NCBI GenBank assembly: GCA_013239625.1
Contig: MU054187.1
Span: 7,265,757-7,329,756, forward strand
DNA: 64,000 bases
Direction: 5' to 3'
Origin: Lama guanicoe
Lineage: Eukaryota
Below the pieces are notes generated by a model. The model was given only the letters and a program-made list of their open reading frames with translations. It had not been told where the DNA came from and ran no database searches. Made by a program: the position numbers and the translations under genes. Shown here piece by piece: positions 23,641-35,625 of the stretch. Position 1 is the first letter of the stretch, and the number at the start of each line of letters is the position of its first letter.

Positions 23641-25939
23641 GTCGGTCTTTGAGGGACCTTGGATTCTGTCTTACCCCAGTGATTCCCCGCCTATTTTATA
23701 TCTCGACACTTACAGAGAAGGCTAATATTTATAAGGCACTCCGTAAGAAATGACCACCCAGAGGGATAGCTACCCCAAGCCATACTCAGCACACACACAC
23801 CAGGGAATGAGGGAATTGTCTGGTGACATCTGTACCTGCTCAGGTCATACCAGCTGAGATGCTCTGCTAGATAATGTGGAGTCAGTGAATGGACTTCATC
23901 TCGGGAAGAATATGATCAGATTCAATTTTCTTCAAACAGTCATTCACAGAAAGAGAGAAGAATTCATAAAGATGATCTCTGAAGAAATGGCATTTTGGGG
24001 ATGGAGACTGTCCCAGAATCAAAAGGATCAAGACTAATCCAAAATAAAAATAGAGGCTATTTTTTAAAAGGAAAATAATATTGAAAGGGGAAGTGTTCAA
24101 AACCATAGAAGCAGGCAGAGCAATTAATTATAAAGAGACTTCAATTCAACAAATGTTTGTCACTTGATTTATAGAGCAAAGTAAAATATTGTGCAGATTT
24201 AAATGAGAATGATAAAAATATTTACATTGGGAGAAAAATTGGATAACTGAGAAAAAAATGTGTTACATAAGGAAAAGGTTATAACTGTTTAGACAAATTC
24301 TTAGAACTGCTTTTAGCCCCTACCTTTCTTAAGCAATATTTTTCTTCTCAGAGATTCCTTCTGCTTTATGGACCCCAAAGAGATTTTTAAAATCCATGCC
24401 ATTATTTAAATATCATCATGCCATTATTTAATATTGTCTACTCTTAGAAAATTTTTAAATGGGAAGAAACTGTCAGCACTGATTATGGGAACATCTGATT
24501 CCAGAGATCCAGACCCACAAGAGAAACAAAGGCTGGGAATGCAGCCGAATATAAACGAAAAGGGAGCTCCAAGAATAGAAAAGGGAGGTCTTCTCAGAAT
24601 GTTTTTAAAATCCTATTTTCTCTAGAATACAGTATTCTTCTGAATGAGCTCAGCAGTAGTGACACAAAGGCCTTCAGCCACCAGTGATTTTGAGCAGATA
24701 GTAGTTGAAAAAGTAGAGAAACCTTGAAAGGGTCTTCAGTAAAGCCAAACTGTAGTTACAAGAGTGAAGTAGCCAGTCCCCCCAAGCACTGAGCTACTGA
24801 TGCAGATTAACCAAAGGGGTAAGTATAGCACAGTCCGTGTGGCTTTAAAAGAGCTGAGTAACTGTAAAGGGAATAAAGTATATGATTACAGATGAAAACT
24901 GAAGTAAGAAAGGGGGGCTAGAAAAGAACCTAGTGCCTTTCTTTCGAATACAAGAAAAATCAAAAGTAAAAAGCATGTGTGCGTGGAGGAAGGAGGTCGG
25001 TGGGAGCTGGTATGTTACAGCATCTGCATAAAGGCAACACAGCTCCCTTAAACCAGAGCCAGGAGAGGAGCCACGGTAGCAGGGGCTTATTATCAAAGCA
25101 CCCTGTAGGGCCACTATACAGGTTGCCCCTGCACGGGAATCACAGACAAAATACGAAAGGCAGTTCCTGGGATCCTTACAGAGTAACTAAAATACGTGTG
25201 ATACTGAAAGCATTAGGAAAAAGTCACTCTGTGCACTTGGCACAAAAAAAGATATATTATCTACAAAGAATCCCACGGAGTGACTTGAAATACCAATAAA
25301 AAAAGAGAGAGAGATCTCCCCTCAGGGTTTGTGCTGCTGTGGGGAAGAAGTAGAGAATAAAGGCAAAGCCAGTCAAAAGCTTTAAATATGGTCATCAGGA
25401 GTGTCCCGGGTACACGGGGCGGGTCTCGTGGGCCGGACACGTGCTCAGGGAATACTCAACACCAGCCCTGGACAGAGGGGGAGCCGGGATCCCACGTGAC
25501 ACAACTCTGAAAATTCTGCCCCCACTGAGCTTTACTTTCTGTCTTGCTACGTCTTTATACCAGGAGGCTTACTTTTCCAGAAGAGAAAACGCTCATAGGA
25601 GATGAAACCTCAGGCTTCAGAACGTGGGGGAGTAATCAGTTTCCCCTCCTCCAGACTGGTACTCTTTCTAAAATGAGAACATCAAGCCAGACACAAGCTC
25701 AGTACAAATTCCCCAAGGACAGACGCTCTTGTGGGCACAGAGGAAACAGGATGTTGGAATTCTCACAAACTATTGTTATCCTAAGCTAAACGAACCTTTT
25801 GGCATTTTGGAAATCAACAATCAACAGGACTGTGTCAGCAGAGTAAGATAAATGGTGAATTATGTCAGTGTCAGCTGCGTTCCTTCTGTGCGCCAGCACT
25901 CCATGGCCCCTATCTCATCTAGGGCCACCACATCCCAGG

Positions 25940-26060
25940 GGGCTGTCATTATGCCCATTTTACAGATGAGTACACTGAGAATTTTCCCAACTCACAGCCT
26001 AGAAAAATGGAACTAATATTTGATCCAGAAACTTCCAGGACTAAAGTCCATAGGCTTTCA
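25940..26060 (-). mobile_element. MIR SINE fragment
   Basis: 'attatgcccattttacagatgagtacactgag' MIR core, reverse orientation. Confidence 0.7.
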
Positions 26061-28119
26061 AACATCCAGTTGTGCCTTTCTTTCCAACAAGGATAAAATG
26101 AAATTCTTTATACGTAGATAAAGAAAGATATATTGGTGACTCACTAGATTAAAACTAAGACGTTCATATTTAAATAGTGAGTGAGAATGTAAATTATTTG
26201 CACAATGTAGAGAAAAATAACGAGCTAGCCCACTAGAATTTAATTGGTCATGGAGAGGCATATGTGATGTAACATGTCCAGTGACCTTGCTCCAAATCAA
26301 TTGTCTTGTTAGCAAGAACGTTCACTATGTGCAGCTTATCATTAGAATAACAGAATTTTAGGATGCAATTCAAATACTACAAAATTGTGAAACCAGAACT
26401 CTCCGTCTCCTCTCCCCCAAAAACACTGTTCACTTTTAATTACTGTGAAATTCCGTATGGCTATACAATGTAATTAGAAGACTATCAGTATTCAAGTATG
26501 GCTCAGTAAAATGTAACAGAATATGATATGATAAATGCTGTGGGTATGATCTTTAAAAAGCAAAAACATACCTTCCCTTCTTTTCACGAAACCAGATTCA
26601 GCATGTCTTCCCCTTGGTGATCACTGCCAGGAGAACTCAGCCACTTCAGGGATTTCTTGGCCACATCAGGTGTCAGCGTGGGGAGGGCTGGGCTCCTCCC
26701 AGGACTGATTCTGAGCTCAGGGCTGATGTGGTGCGAGCTGCGCAGGGCAGGACTGTGCAGTCCCGTCCTTTCCCGTCTTTCCTGCTGGCATCTATGGAGC
26801 TGTGCAAGGGTCCAGGGTGGTCTCCGTTGTCAAACACGTCTTGATCTTGGCTGTCAGCCCTCCAAGTACAAGCTACAGTGGGACCTGGACCCTATACCAG
26901 CTTCCTGAGCGTAAGATGTGCTGCTTCGCGTCTGTCTTTCACATCCCACACAAACGTCTCGTGTAGCCAACGCTAACTCAGAACCATAGACGCAGGGAGT
27001 TCAGGAGACACAATTCCAGCTTAGAGAGGTTGACCCATTACAAAATCACTACAGTATTTAGTAATAAATCTGAGGCATTACTCTTTCCAATGTATCCCAT
27101 GTGGTCTCAGTGTCATAGCAATTTAATGTTCATAACTACCCACTTAAAAGTACCTAAACAAACTTTAATTAACAGTGGAAATTTTAAATTGCTCCATTTT
27201 CTTTTGAACTTAGACCTCCGTTCCTTTTCAGTCATAAAATTCCGTCTTAATGTAACATATTTATTCCTGAAAGTTTTTTCTTAGTCTTCCACACGTCTGC
27301 AATGAAAAATTGCTTATAGACTGACATTTCATTCTCAGTGTTATCTTTTAGTGTATAAAAGTTCTTAATCTGTATAATCCAGTTATCAATCTTAAATCTT
27401 AAATTAGGAAGTTTTATGGTTTATTCGAGACTTAGTCTTAACTAATCTTCAGTTATTCTTCTGCCTTTTTACATACATTTTAGAATCAGCATCTCGATTA
27501 AACTGCCGAAGTTCTTTACTGAGATTGCTTTGGATCCATAGATTAACTGATCCACAAATTAACTGGTAGCTATAATATTGAATTTCACAATCTGTGACTG
27601 TTCTAGATTCTTCCATTTGTTTAAGACATCTTTAATTTCTCTTAATATATTTTGTTGTATTCAGTGTGAGGATATGCAATTTTTTAGATTTTTTTCCTAT
27701 GAATAAGAATTTAATTTTTTTCCTGCGACCAGATTTTTAGTGTTAAAATTCTTCTTTAGATGGGGTTATAATTGCAATTATTGGTTACTAACATGACTGA
27801 GCAAACATAAATGTATTAACAGATATGGATGAATAAGTCTTACATATCAAATGAAATAGTTATTGGAAGGGTAACTCTTAATAAATGGGACAGAGTGGTT
27901 TTGTTTCAATTAGTTCATGCATTCATGGATGAATATTAGTTATTCCTAGAATCCAAAAGACTACCCTCAGGGACTTTCAATGTTTGGTGCTAGTGTTGTA
28001 TTTATAGAAATTTTCTGTTTAATTTTTTTATAACTATTTTCTGTTCACAGAAAAAAAGAAATATGAGAATGAGAGGAAACTGTTTACAGCAATGTCTCTT
28101 GCTTGTTTTAACTCCTTCT

Positions 28120-28400
28120 TTCCCCAAATATTTTTGAGGGCTTACCTTGTCCCAGCCACTGTTCTAGGTGCTGGAAATATAACAAGGAACAAAATCAGAC
28201 AAGATCAGACAAAACTTCTTATCTTATAAAGCTTAAATTGTAGTGAAGGGGTGAGACATCACATAAGATTTTTTTAAAGTCAAATATATAGTACAGCATG
28301 GTAAATGGTGATAAATACAAAAGAAAAACAATAAAGGAGGAAAGGGGACAGGACAAATGGGAACGAATGGAATTCTAGATAAAGTAGCTGAAATATATGT
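28120..28400 (-). mobile_element. L2 LINE 3' fragment
   Basis: 'caaatatttttgagggcttaccttgtcccagccactgttctaggtgctgg'. Confidence 0.65.
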
Positions 28401-29831
28401 CTGAAAGTATACAGTGATCCATTATCAAAAATTACTTTTAAAGTGTTACAACTGACAAATCGGTTAGGTTCTCCTTCAGTTATTTTGGAAGCAAAAATTG
28501 GAAAACACCTGCCTCGTGGTTAGTAGCTGTCATTTTGTGATCATCCATCACAAGAAATTAAAAATGCCGTTCTGTTTAGTGCCCTGGAGGCTGTCACGCC
28601 CTGGGCGGCGCGCTAAGATGTGAGCCCGTCCTGGTGGCGGGGGCAGACGCCCTTCAGCACAGCGAAAAGAAGACAACTGTGGAAGAGGAGGAGCGAGTCG
28701 ACCACCAGAATGGTCACAGGTACCTTCTCAGGACACATGCATTTTGGAATAAGGCTCTCGGAATTAATCATCTTGAGCTGTGCATGCCCACACACCACGT
28801 GGGCAGTCCTCCCCTCCGCCCAGGGCATGCAGCCCCCGTTGAAGACTACTGGCCTCGAATTGCCTCCGCTCCTGCTCTCTCGGATGAGGAGGGGCTGGGA
28901 CTCCCAGACAGACCTGGGGTTGCTTCTAGACCCTCCAGACTTTCTCCGGTGACAACTGTCAGTGTTTTCCAGGCCAAATTGCCAGCCAGGTCAATTGAGC
29001 TGTATCAGTTCTCTGCCTAAGACTGAGGGGAACTAGATGGAGGTGAGAGGAGTCCATTTGCCTGTTACAGGCAGGAAGAGATAGAAATGTTGGAAAACTC
29101 TGATCTGGATGACACAGCCTCTGGGACTGCGGGCTCTGCTCTTCCGGGTGGGGCCGACTCCTCCTGGAGCATCTCATTGGTGCCACTGCTCCCCTTCTTC
29201 CGTTTCACATGCTTTCTGAAAGGCGGAAGAGATTTGAAACTTCTTGCATCATAAAGAGAACCGTAAAGAAGAGCCATAAAGCTTGCCCTCGTGTCATCCG
29301 CCTGCTTGAACAGCTCTTAAGGTTCATGAAGTTACTCGGCGCTGGCAGCACAGTCCCCAACACCCGCGCTGGGCGTCAGCAGCGTTTCAGGACCCCGTGA
29401 AGTTCGCTGGGTTTAGCAGCCCGTCGGGGCACCCCTGCGGCCACTCCGTGTGCTGTGAGCAGCCCGACCGTGGCCTGCGGTTTGGCACAGCGGGCCGTGC
29501 CCTCTGAAAGCTCTGATTCTTCAGGCGGGAGATGGCAGGAGACCAGTAATGCTGCGGACTGGCTGGTTCCCTAGCGACGCGGGCAGAGTTCAGTGGCTGA
29601 CTGCCGCTGAAATAGCTGGTCTCTCCTAAAAGCTTTCATTATCTGTAGGGTGCTGCAAAGTCCTCCCAGCGGTCTTTAAGGGCCTCTCTGCATGAACTCA
29701 GCTGATGTCGAACCTCTACCCCGGCTTGTCTCTTACGAATTCATATCATGGAACAAGTCAATCACCATCTGACGATCTCCATATTTGAATTCTTTAAAGG
29801 GCCGAAGTAATGCTTCCTTAAGACATTACTG

Positions 29832-30181
29832 ATGTCAAATAGTGTTCTTCATATACTATCGCGTATATGTGGAATCTTAAAAAAGATACAAATTTTATTT
29901 ATAAACCAGAAATAGACTCAGGGACATAGAAGACAAACTGTGGTTACCAGAGGGGAAATGGGGAGGAGAGGGGTAACTTAAGAGTCTGGGATTAACAGAT
30001 ACACATTACTATATATAAAAGGGAACTATATTCAATTTCTTGTAATGAGCTGTAATGGAAAAGAAACTGAAAAATATATATGTATGTATGTATGTATATG
30101 TATAACTGAATCGCTTTGCTGTACATCTGAAACTAACATTGTAAATTGCCTATACTGCAATAAAAAAGAATTTTATTAAAA
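29832..30181 (+). mobile_element. 5'-truncated L1 3' end with TSD
   Basis: 'tatatgtggaatcttaaaaa...gaaatagactca...ggttaccagagggg...aactgaatcgctttgctgtac...caataaaaaa'; TSD aagacattactg (29820-29831) / aagacattattg (30182-30193). Confidence 0.88.
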
Positions 30182-31809
30182 AAGACATTATTGCCGGCAA
30201 CTTATAAAAGAAATGCTTATTAGAACAGTCTCATAATCACACAGCAGGAACAGTGATAGACCAGGAAGCATTCAGAATGAATATGTGAATTGATCCTCAT
30301 CTGCCAGTCTTTTCATTTCTCTGAGCTAAACGCAGTGGTACAGTGGTGTCTTGGTGTTTCCCAGTTCAGGGACCAGGCAGCATGCAAGGATCAGAGCTGG
30401 ATCAGAAACAAAATACCTCCACTCTGGTTAATTATTTGGTGAGTATATTAAACTGGGGACAGAATGATAGCTTGAGTGCTCACTGGAAGTGGTCTGTGTT
30501 GCTTTAGGTGTCCATCAGGTTTGCGATGTCTGAGGGAGGCACTGAGTCAATTGCCCTCAGCTATCTGTTGGAAACTTCATTTATGACTGAATGTTTCCTA
30601 TAGTCAAACAGAAAAGTTGCAGTTGGCTGTGACTCTATTACAAGTGGAAAACCAGTTGGTATTTGTACAGTAAGATGATGCTTTCAATCCAAAGTAGCTT
30701 TGCAATTCCTTCAGGTCAGTGAGAATCCCTGTCAGGGATTTGCAGTGGTTACAGTGAGTCACCACAAAGATATTCCACCGCAAGTAACTTAATTTCTTCC
30801 AAGAAGTCGCTTGGCTGTGCTTTTGAAGTTGGCACAGGAAATAAATTGGAAAGGACGACAACCCATGGTGTTCCTGGCTGCCACGGGCTCCCCCTGAGGG
30901 ATCTGTTATAGTAACACCTCGGCTTCCGAGAACGAGGAAGAGGTCAGAGCTTTGTGTTACTGGCTGTTCTGCACTGTGGATGCCAGGTCTTAATTGTGCT
31001 AATTCTTTCTTTTATGTTTTAAGACACTAATAACCAGAGTATATGGAATTCAACTGAAGTATCCTGCAGGTCACCGGGCAAGCTGTGCCCCATCCCCCCG
31101 CCTCCTTCCTTCTGTCTTCCCGGTCTCTTCCAAGGGCACTCTTCTGCCAGAAACGCTTAGATGGTGTTCTCGCCGGAATGACTGCAGATTTCTGGATATT
31201 TCCTTTTTTAATATCTCCAAAAGCATTTCCATGACTCTTCTGTTGCTTCCCATGTTTCATTGAAATTCATCTCCTTATTTCTACTGGAGAAACTGCTTAA
31301 TTCAGCATCTTCTCACATCTTTCTCATGACAGCGACTTTTAGGATGCACAGTTGCTTTATGTTCTTGACAGTGTGCTGTTATCACCATTCTGCACACTCA
31401 GAAGCCAAAGGTCTTTCCTGCTGAGTTGTTTTCAAGTATTTCAAATCATCTTTAAAAAAATAAAATAAAATTCTTGATTTTTTAAAACATTATTTTAAAA
31501 AGCTTTCAGGATGTATATTCCTGCCCTCCATTTACACGTCCGTGTTTCTCTTGACTTAAACTCTCTTTCTACTCTGGCAAATAGGAAGTGTTGGTGTGTG
31601 CATAAAACATTATTTTTTTAATATGGAAACATCTGGCTTCTGTTGTTTTGCTTCCTCTGTAAAGGATTCTTGATGTTTTCAGTTTTATAATCACCTACTT
31701 TTCAATGATTCCTCCTTAATAGTTGCTTTTTTGACAGTCTTGTCAAGTTCTCAAAATTTGTGTGTATACATACACACTCACACGCAGTAGGGTAAGTGAA
31801 CTACAATAT

Positions 31810-32115
31810 TTTTTCCACCTTTTGCTTATTATAAATACTTGTGTACATGTTTTTGTGTACACATATGTTTTCATTTCTCTTGGGTACATGCCTAGGAGTA
31901 GAATTATTGAGTCATATGGTGACTCTATATTTAACCATTTTAAGAACTGCCTAACTGTTCTCCAAAGTGGTTGCACCATTTTACATTCCTCCCAGCAGTG
32001 CATGAGGGTTCCAGGTTCTCCACATCTTTACCAACATTTGTGATTATCTCATTTTTTTTATTATAGCTATTTTAGTGGATATAAAGTAGTGTCTCAGCAT
32101 GGTTTGCATTTCCTT
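31810..32115 (-). mobile_element. L1 ORF2 C-terminal fragment (L1M)
   Basis: ORF 31743..32003(-) reads HCWEECKMVQPLWRTVRQFLKWLNIESPYDSIILLLGMYPREMKTY, the L1 ORF2 cysteine-rich region. Confidence 0.9.
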
Positions 32116-34635
32116 GAGAATATTTTTGTAATGAAGTTGATGTTGAAAACAAACAAATGAAAACATTTCAGGATGACACAATACATTATCTCTCCTTTCT
32201 TCTCTTCATCCATCAGAGAGAGAGGGTTATTTCAGCCTTTGAAGAACTACTTTGTAAATTAATCTACGTTTCCTATAGTGCTTGTGAGTATTTGTATAAA
32301 TGTCTTCAACATTTTAGTTACGCTGCATTCAGGATCAGTTGAAGAATTTAAATGGAATTCAACAAATGAAGCATTCCCAAAATCATCTTTTGAAGCTTTT
32401 AGTAAGTGGCAATAAGTGAAAGCTCATAAAAAAAGGAGAACACTGAAATACATGCTCACAAAAGCAAGAGAACTGGATGAATGAAATAATGAGAGTTCAA
32501 ATGTTATACAGGATTTAATTTTCAGTTTTATAATTTCCTATTGAAATATCTCAACTTGAAAAAAAGACTCTTTTAACAGAGTCCCTGTGTTTGATTCGAC
32601 AAATTTATATTCTGCATCAAAATGAAAAGAAGTTAATTCACAAGAAGACCTAAAAAGAATCATAAATAGATACAATTTAAGTTTCGTATCTTGTAAAATT
32701 TTCGGCAAAGACAGATGTGCTAAGTGGAAGTAAAATAACAGTTCCTGGGAAAGCATTTGGGCTAAACTATGTCACACAGATCCTTCCTTTAGCTAACTTG
32801 CTTGGGATTTGCCAGCACCTGTACAGAAAATGTTTTCATAGCTAAAAATACTTTGATTTACAGAGTCAATTAAGGTGACAAAATTTTCAAATTTATTAAT
32901 CATAGAAAGAAATTTTGAATAAGATTATAAATAAATTTACAAAATAATAAGACCATACTGAAAAACTATTTATTATGTGTGTGTTTTTCCCCAGAATACC
33001 AGTGATGTGGTGTATTAGAGACAGAGGTGGGCCAAGGAGTGGATTCACAGCAGTACATGAATAAACAAAAAATAATCACCCTGTTAATGTTATATTTTAA
33101 CATTCAAATGATAAATATAAGGAAGTTCTCTTTCTTTTTTTGCTTTACTGAATACAGATATTCATTTTTGATTTTTCATTTTTATGAATAAATTTTATTT
33201 TTAATATAATCTTTCCATTGAATTATTTGACTCACAAATGTATATATTTATAATTTGTTTACTTTAATACACCTTTTAATGTCTAAAAATGTCCTGTAAA
33301 TTATATGATCATTCAACTTTTAATCAATGATCTTAATCGATCAAATGATCTTCCATCTAAATTCCAACCCATTGGTCAACAAGGTGAGACAGTAGATATT
33401 TGATTAAATATCTGATCTATAAAACATAATCCAATCTGACTACATGGCCCCTAAGGCACTGCTTGTTCTCTCTGGGAAAATCTTTTTAGTGTCTCAGATT
33501 GACTTCCCTCTTGCTATTTCTCTCTCTCAAGGTTATATCCAGGTAACTCATAGGACTTAGTAGTAAAAGAATGGGCTTCATGCTTGTCTGGTGTCCAGGG
33601 GGATTACGTTGAGAGGGTCCCTTGTCCCCTCATCATTGTGAACCCCGCAGGACTCCAGAGTTCATGTCTACACAGTGACCTGTGAAGCCTTACCTCAACT
33701 CCTCCAATGGAGGTGAAACAAGAGAGCAGGTCAGAGCAGATCACCTTCTAGGCTAGTTCACCTCTCCCTAAATCACAGTTCACTAGCAAGCCTGTCCTGA
33801 ACCGAGGATGTGATGTAATATTCATATGCTGTGTACCTAAACACACACACACGCACGCAAGGACTGAGAGCTGTGTCCCTCCATGTCCGTGGACCTGTTA
33901 ATGTTTGAGTCCTCAAATATAACCAGAGCTTGGTATAAACTCATTAATATTTTTAATGGGCTGTGACAAAAAAATTACAGAACAGGAGAAAAGAACTAAG
34001 ATTAGCCATAGACATTAGGATTGAAAAAGAAAGGTTGAGGCTTTGATCAAAACAGGAAGAAATTAGGAAGAATATTACCAAAAATAGTGAATCCATACTG
34101 CCTATGAACCAAGAACCATACCACCAGAGAGGAGGTGAAACCTTCTCTCAAAAGGCAGGTGCTTATTTGTCAGGGATGGCTTGAGGACAGAAGGCAAGGA
34201 CATAGATTTTGTGACTTCTCAAAGGTCTTTCTAATGATGCAATAAATATTCTTAAGGAAAAAAATGGATTCTGGCAACAAGAAGAAATGGTATATCTTTT
34301 GATGTATTGGGGGAAAGGGCATATCTGTTCGCCTAAGGACAAACACATTATTTAAAATCTAATGTTATTTAGTGTTACTTCATTTTTCACTAAGGCCAAC
34401 AACAACTGTGATTTTTCAGTCCCTAAGATTCCAAGTTCTATGTGTGTTTTTTTTAATTTCCCCGTTTTTGACTATTGGTAATATTTTTAAGTCTTTTATA
34501 TGAAAGACACATTTTCCCATTTTGTGATAGACAGATGTTTTGTCGATATTACTTGTATGTGTTCTTTTAAGCACCTGCTGTTATGTGCGTTTTTATTTAC
34601 ACATGTATTCATACTGGGCTATGTTGTGTTTTCAG

Positions 34636-34705
34636 TTGATTTCATAGGTGGACTTACTGCACACTCCTACTACCAGGATCATGTTGAATTAAAGCCTGTT
34701 CGTCT
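34636..34705 (+). CDS. NKAIN3: NKAIN3 penultimate coding exon (FDFIGGLTAHSYYQDHVELKPVRL), 70 nt, phase 1 to phase 2
   Basis: Acceptor 'gtgttttcag', donor 'gtaagt'; joining to the 17799 T gives EEEDT-FDFIGG, the motif conserved across the NKAIN family. Confidence 0.93.
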
Positions 34706-35419
34706 GTAAGTAAAGGTGTGATGAGATGGAAAATATTAATCCTTCTAACTTGGCCACAACTAACCAAACCTGAAATAATTTGGACCTGCTGCTACTAATC
34801 ATTGGTTTAATTTTCCACTCATATTTAAAACACACCTTTCACATGTAACCCAACTTTATCATTGTTCTTGCTCATCCCCAAAAGGATTTGAAGTTGGTGA
34901 CGTGGTGTATGTTTCTAAAATGATAGTTTTATTTCATTTTTCTTATCAGTTGTTGATTGCTGAGTTGGAAAAACAAATGATTCAGTCTGCAGAAGAGAGA
35001 CTAAATATGTATCTTGCGGGCAGCCTAGGAGAGGGAAAAGGGAAGAAAACCCAAGTTGGGATCCAGGCTCTGCCTGTGTGGTTTCAAGGGCCTTCTTTGA
35101 TGTCTCTGAGACTTGCTCCTGTCATCTGTAATATGGCTTCATAGGCAGAGGAGGAGGAGGATGAATTAAATGGGAGAAGGTACGTAGAGCATCTGTAAAG
35201 TGGTCCATGAATATGTCCAGTACTCAAATATTTGACCAACTGTCCCTAGAGAACATGGAAGGAAGTCAACAGCTACAACAAAAACACCTCAAACTGGACA
35301 GATTTCAGTTGAGTATAAGGAAAGAATTATGGTCAGTTGATTGATAAAATACTAGAAAATGAGAAAATAGATACAGTGACTCCACTCTTCAAAAGCTCTA
35401 AGTAGCGAACAGACGGATG

Positions 35420-35625
35420 TATAAAATGATAGCACTCATGTGCTAACCACTCTGCACAGATCATCTCACTTAGTCCCCATGAAGATGCTGTAATGTACTA
35501 GTTAATAGTCCACTTTATAAACAAGGGACGTGAAGTTCTCAGAGGAGGGGCAACTTTCCCAGTCTCTCGAGTAGTAAGTGGTGGAGCTGGGATCTGTCCT
35601 GGATGGTCAGCTCTCACCATGACAT
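35420..35625 (-). mobile_element. MIR SINE
   Basis: 'atcatctcacttagtcccca...ccactttataaacaagg...gtaagtggtggagctgggat'. Confidence 0.6.

Noticed and set aside
34950..35144. Extra NKAIN3 exon after acceptor 'ttttcttatcag' (LLIAELEKQMIQSAEERL...)
   Set aside because: In phase with the preceding exon it stops after two codons, and the peptide has no NKAIN similarity.
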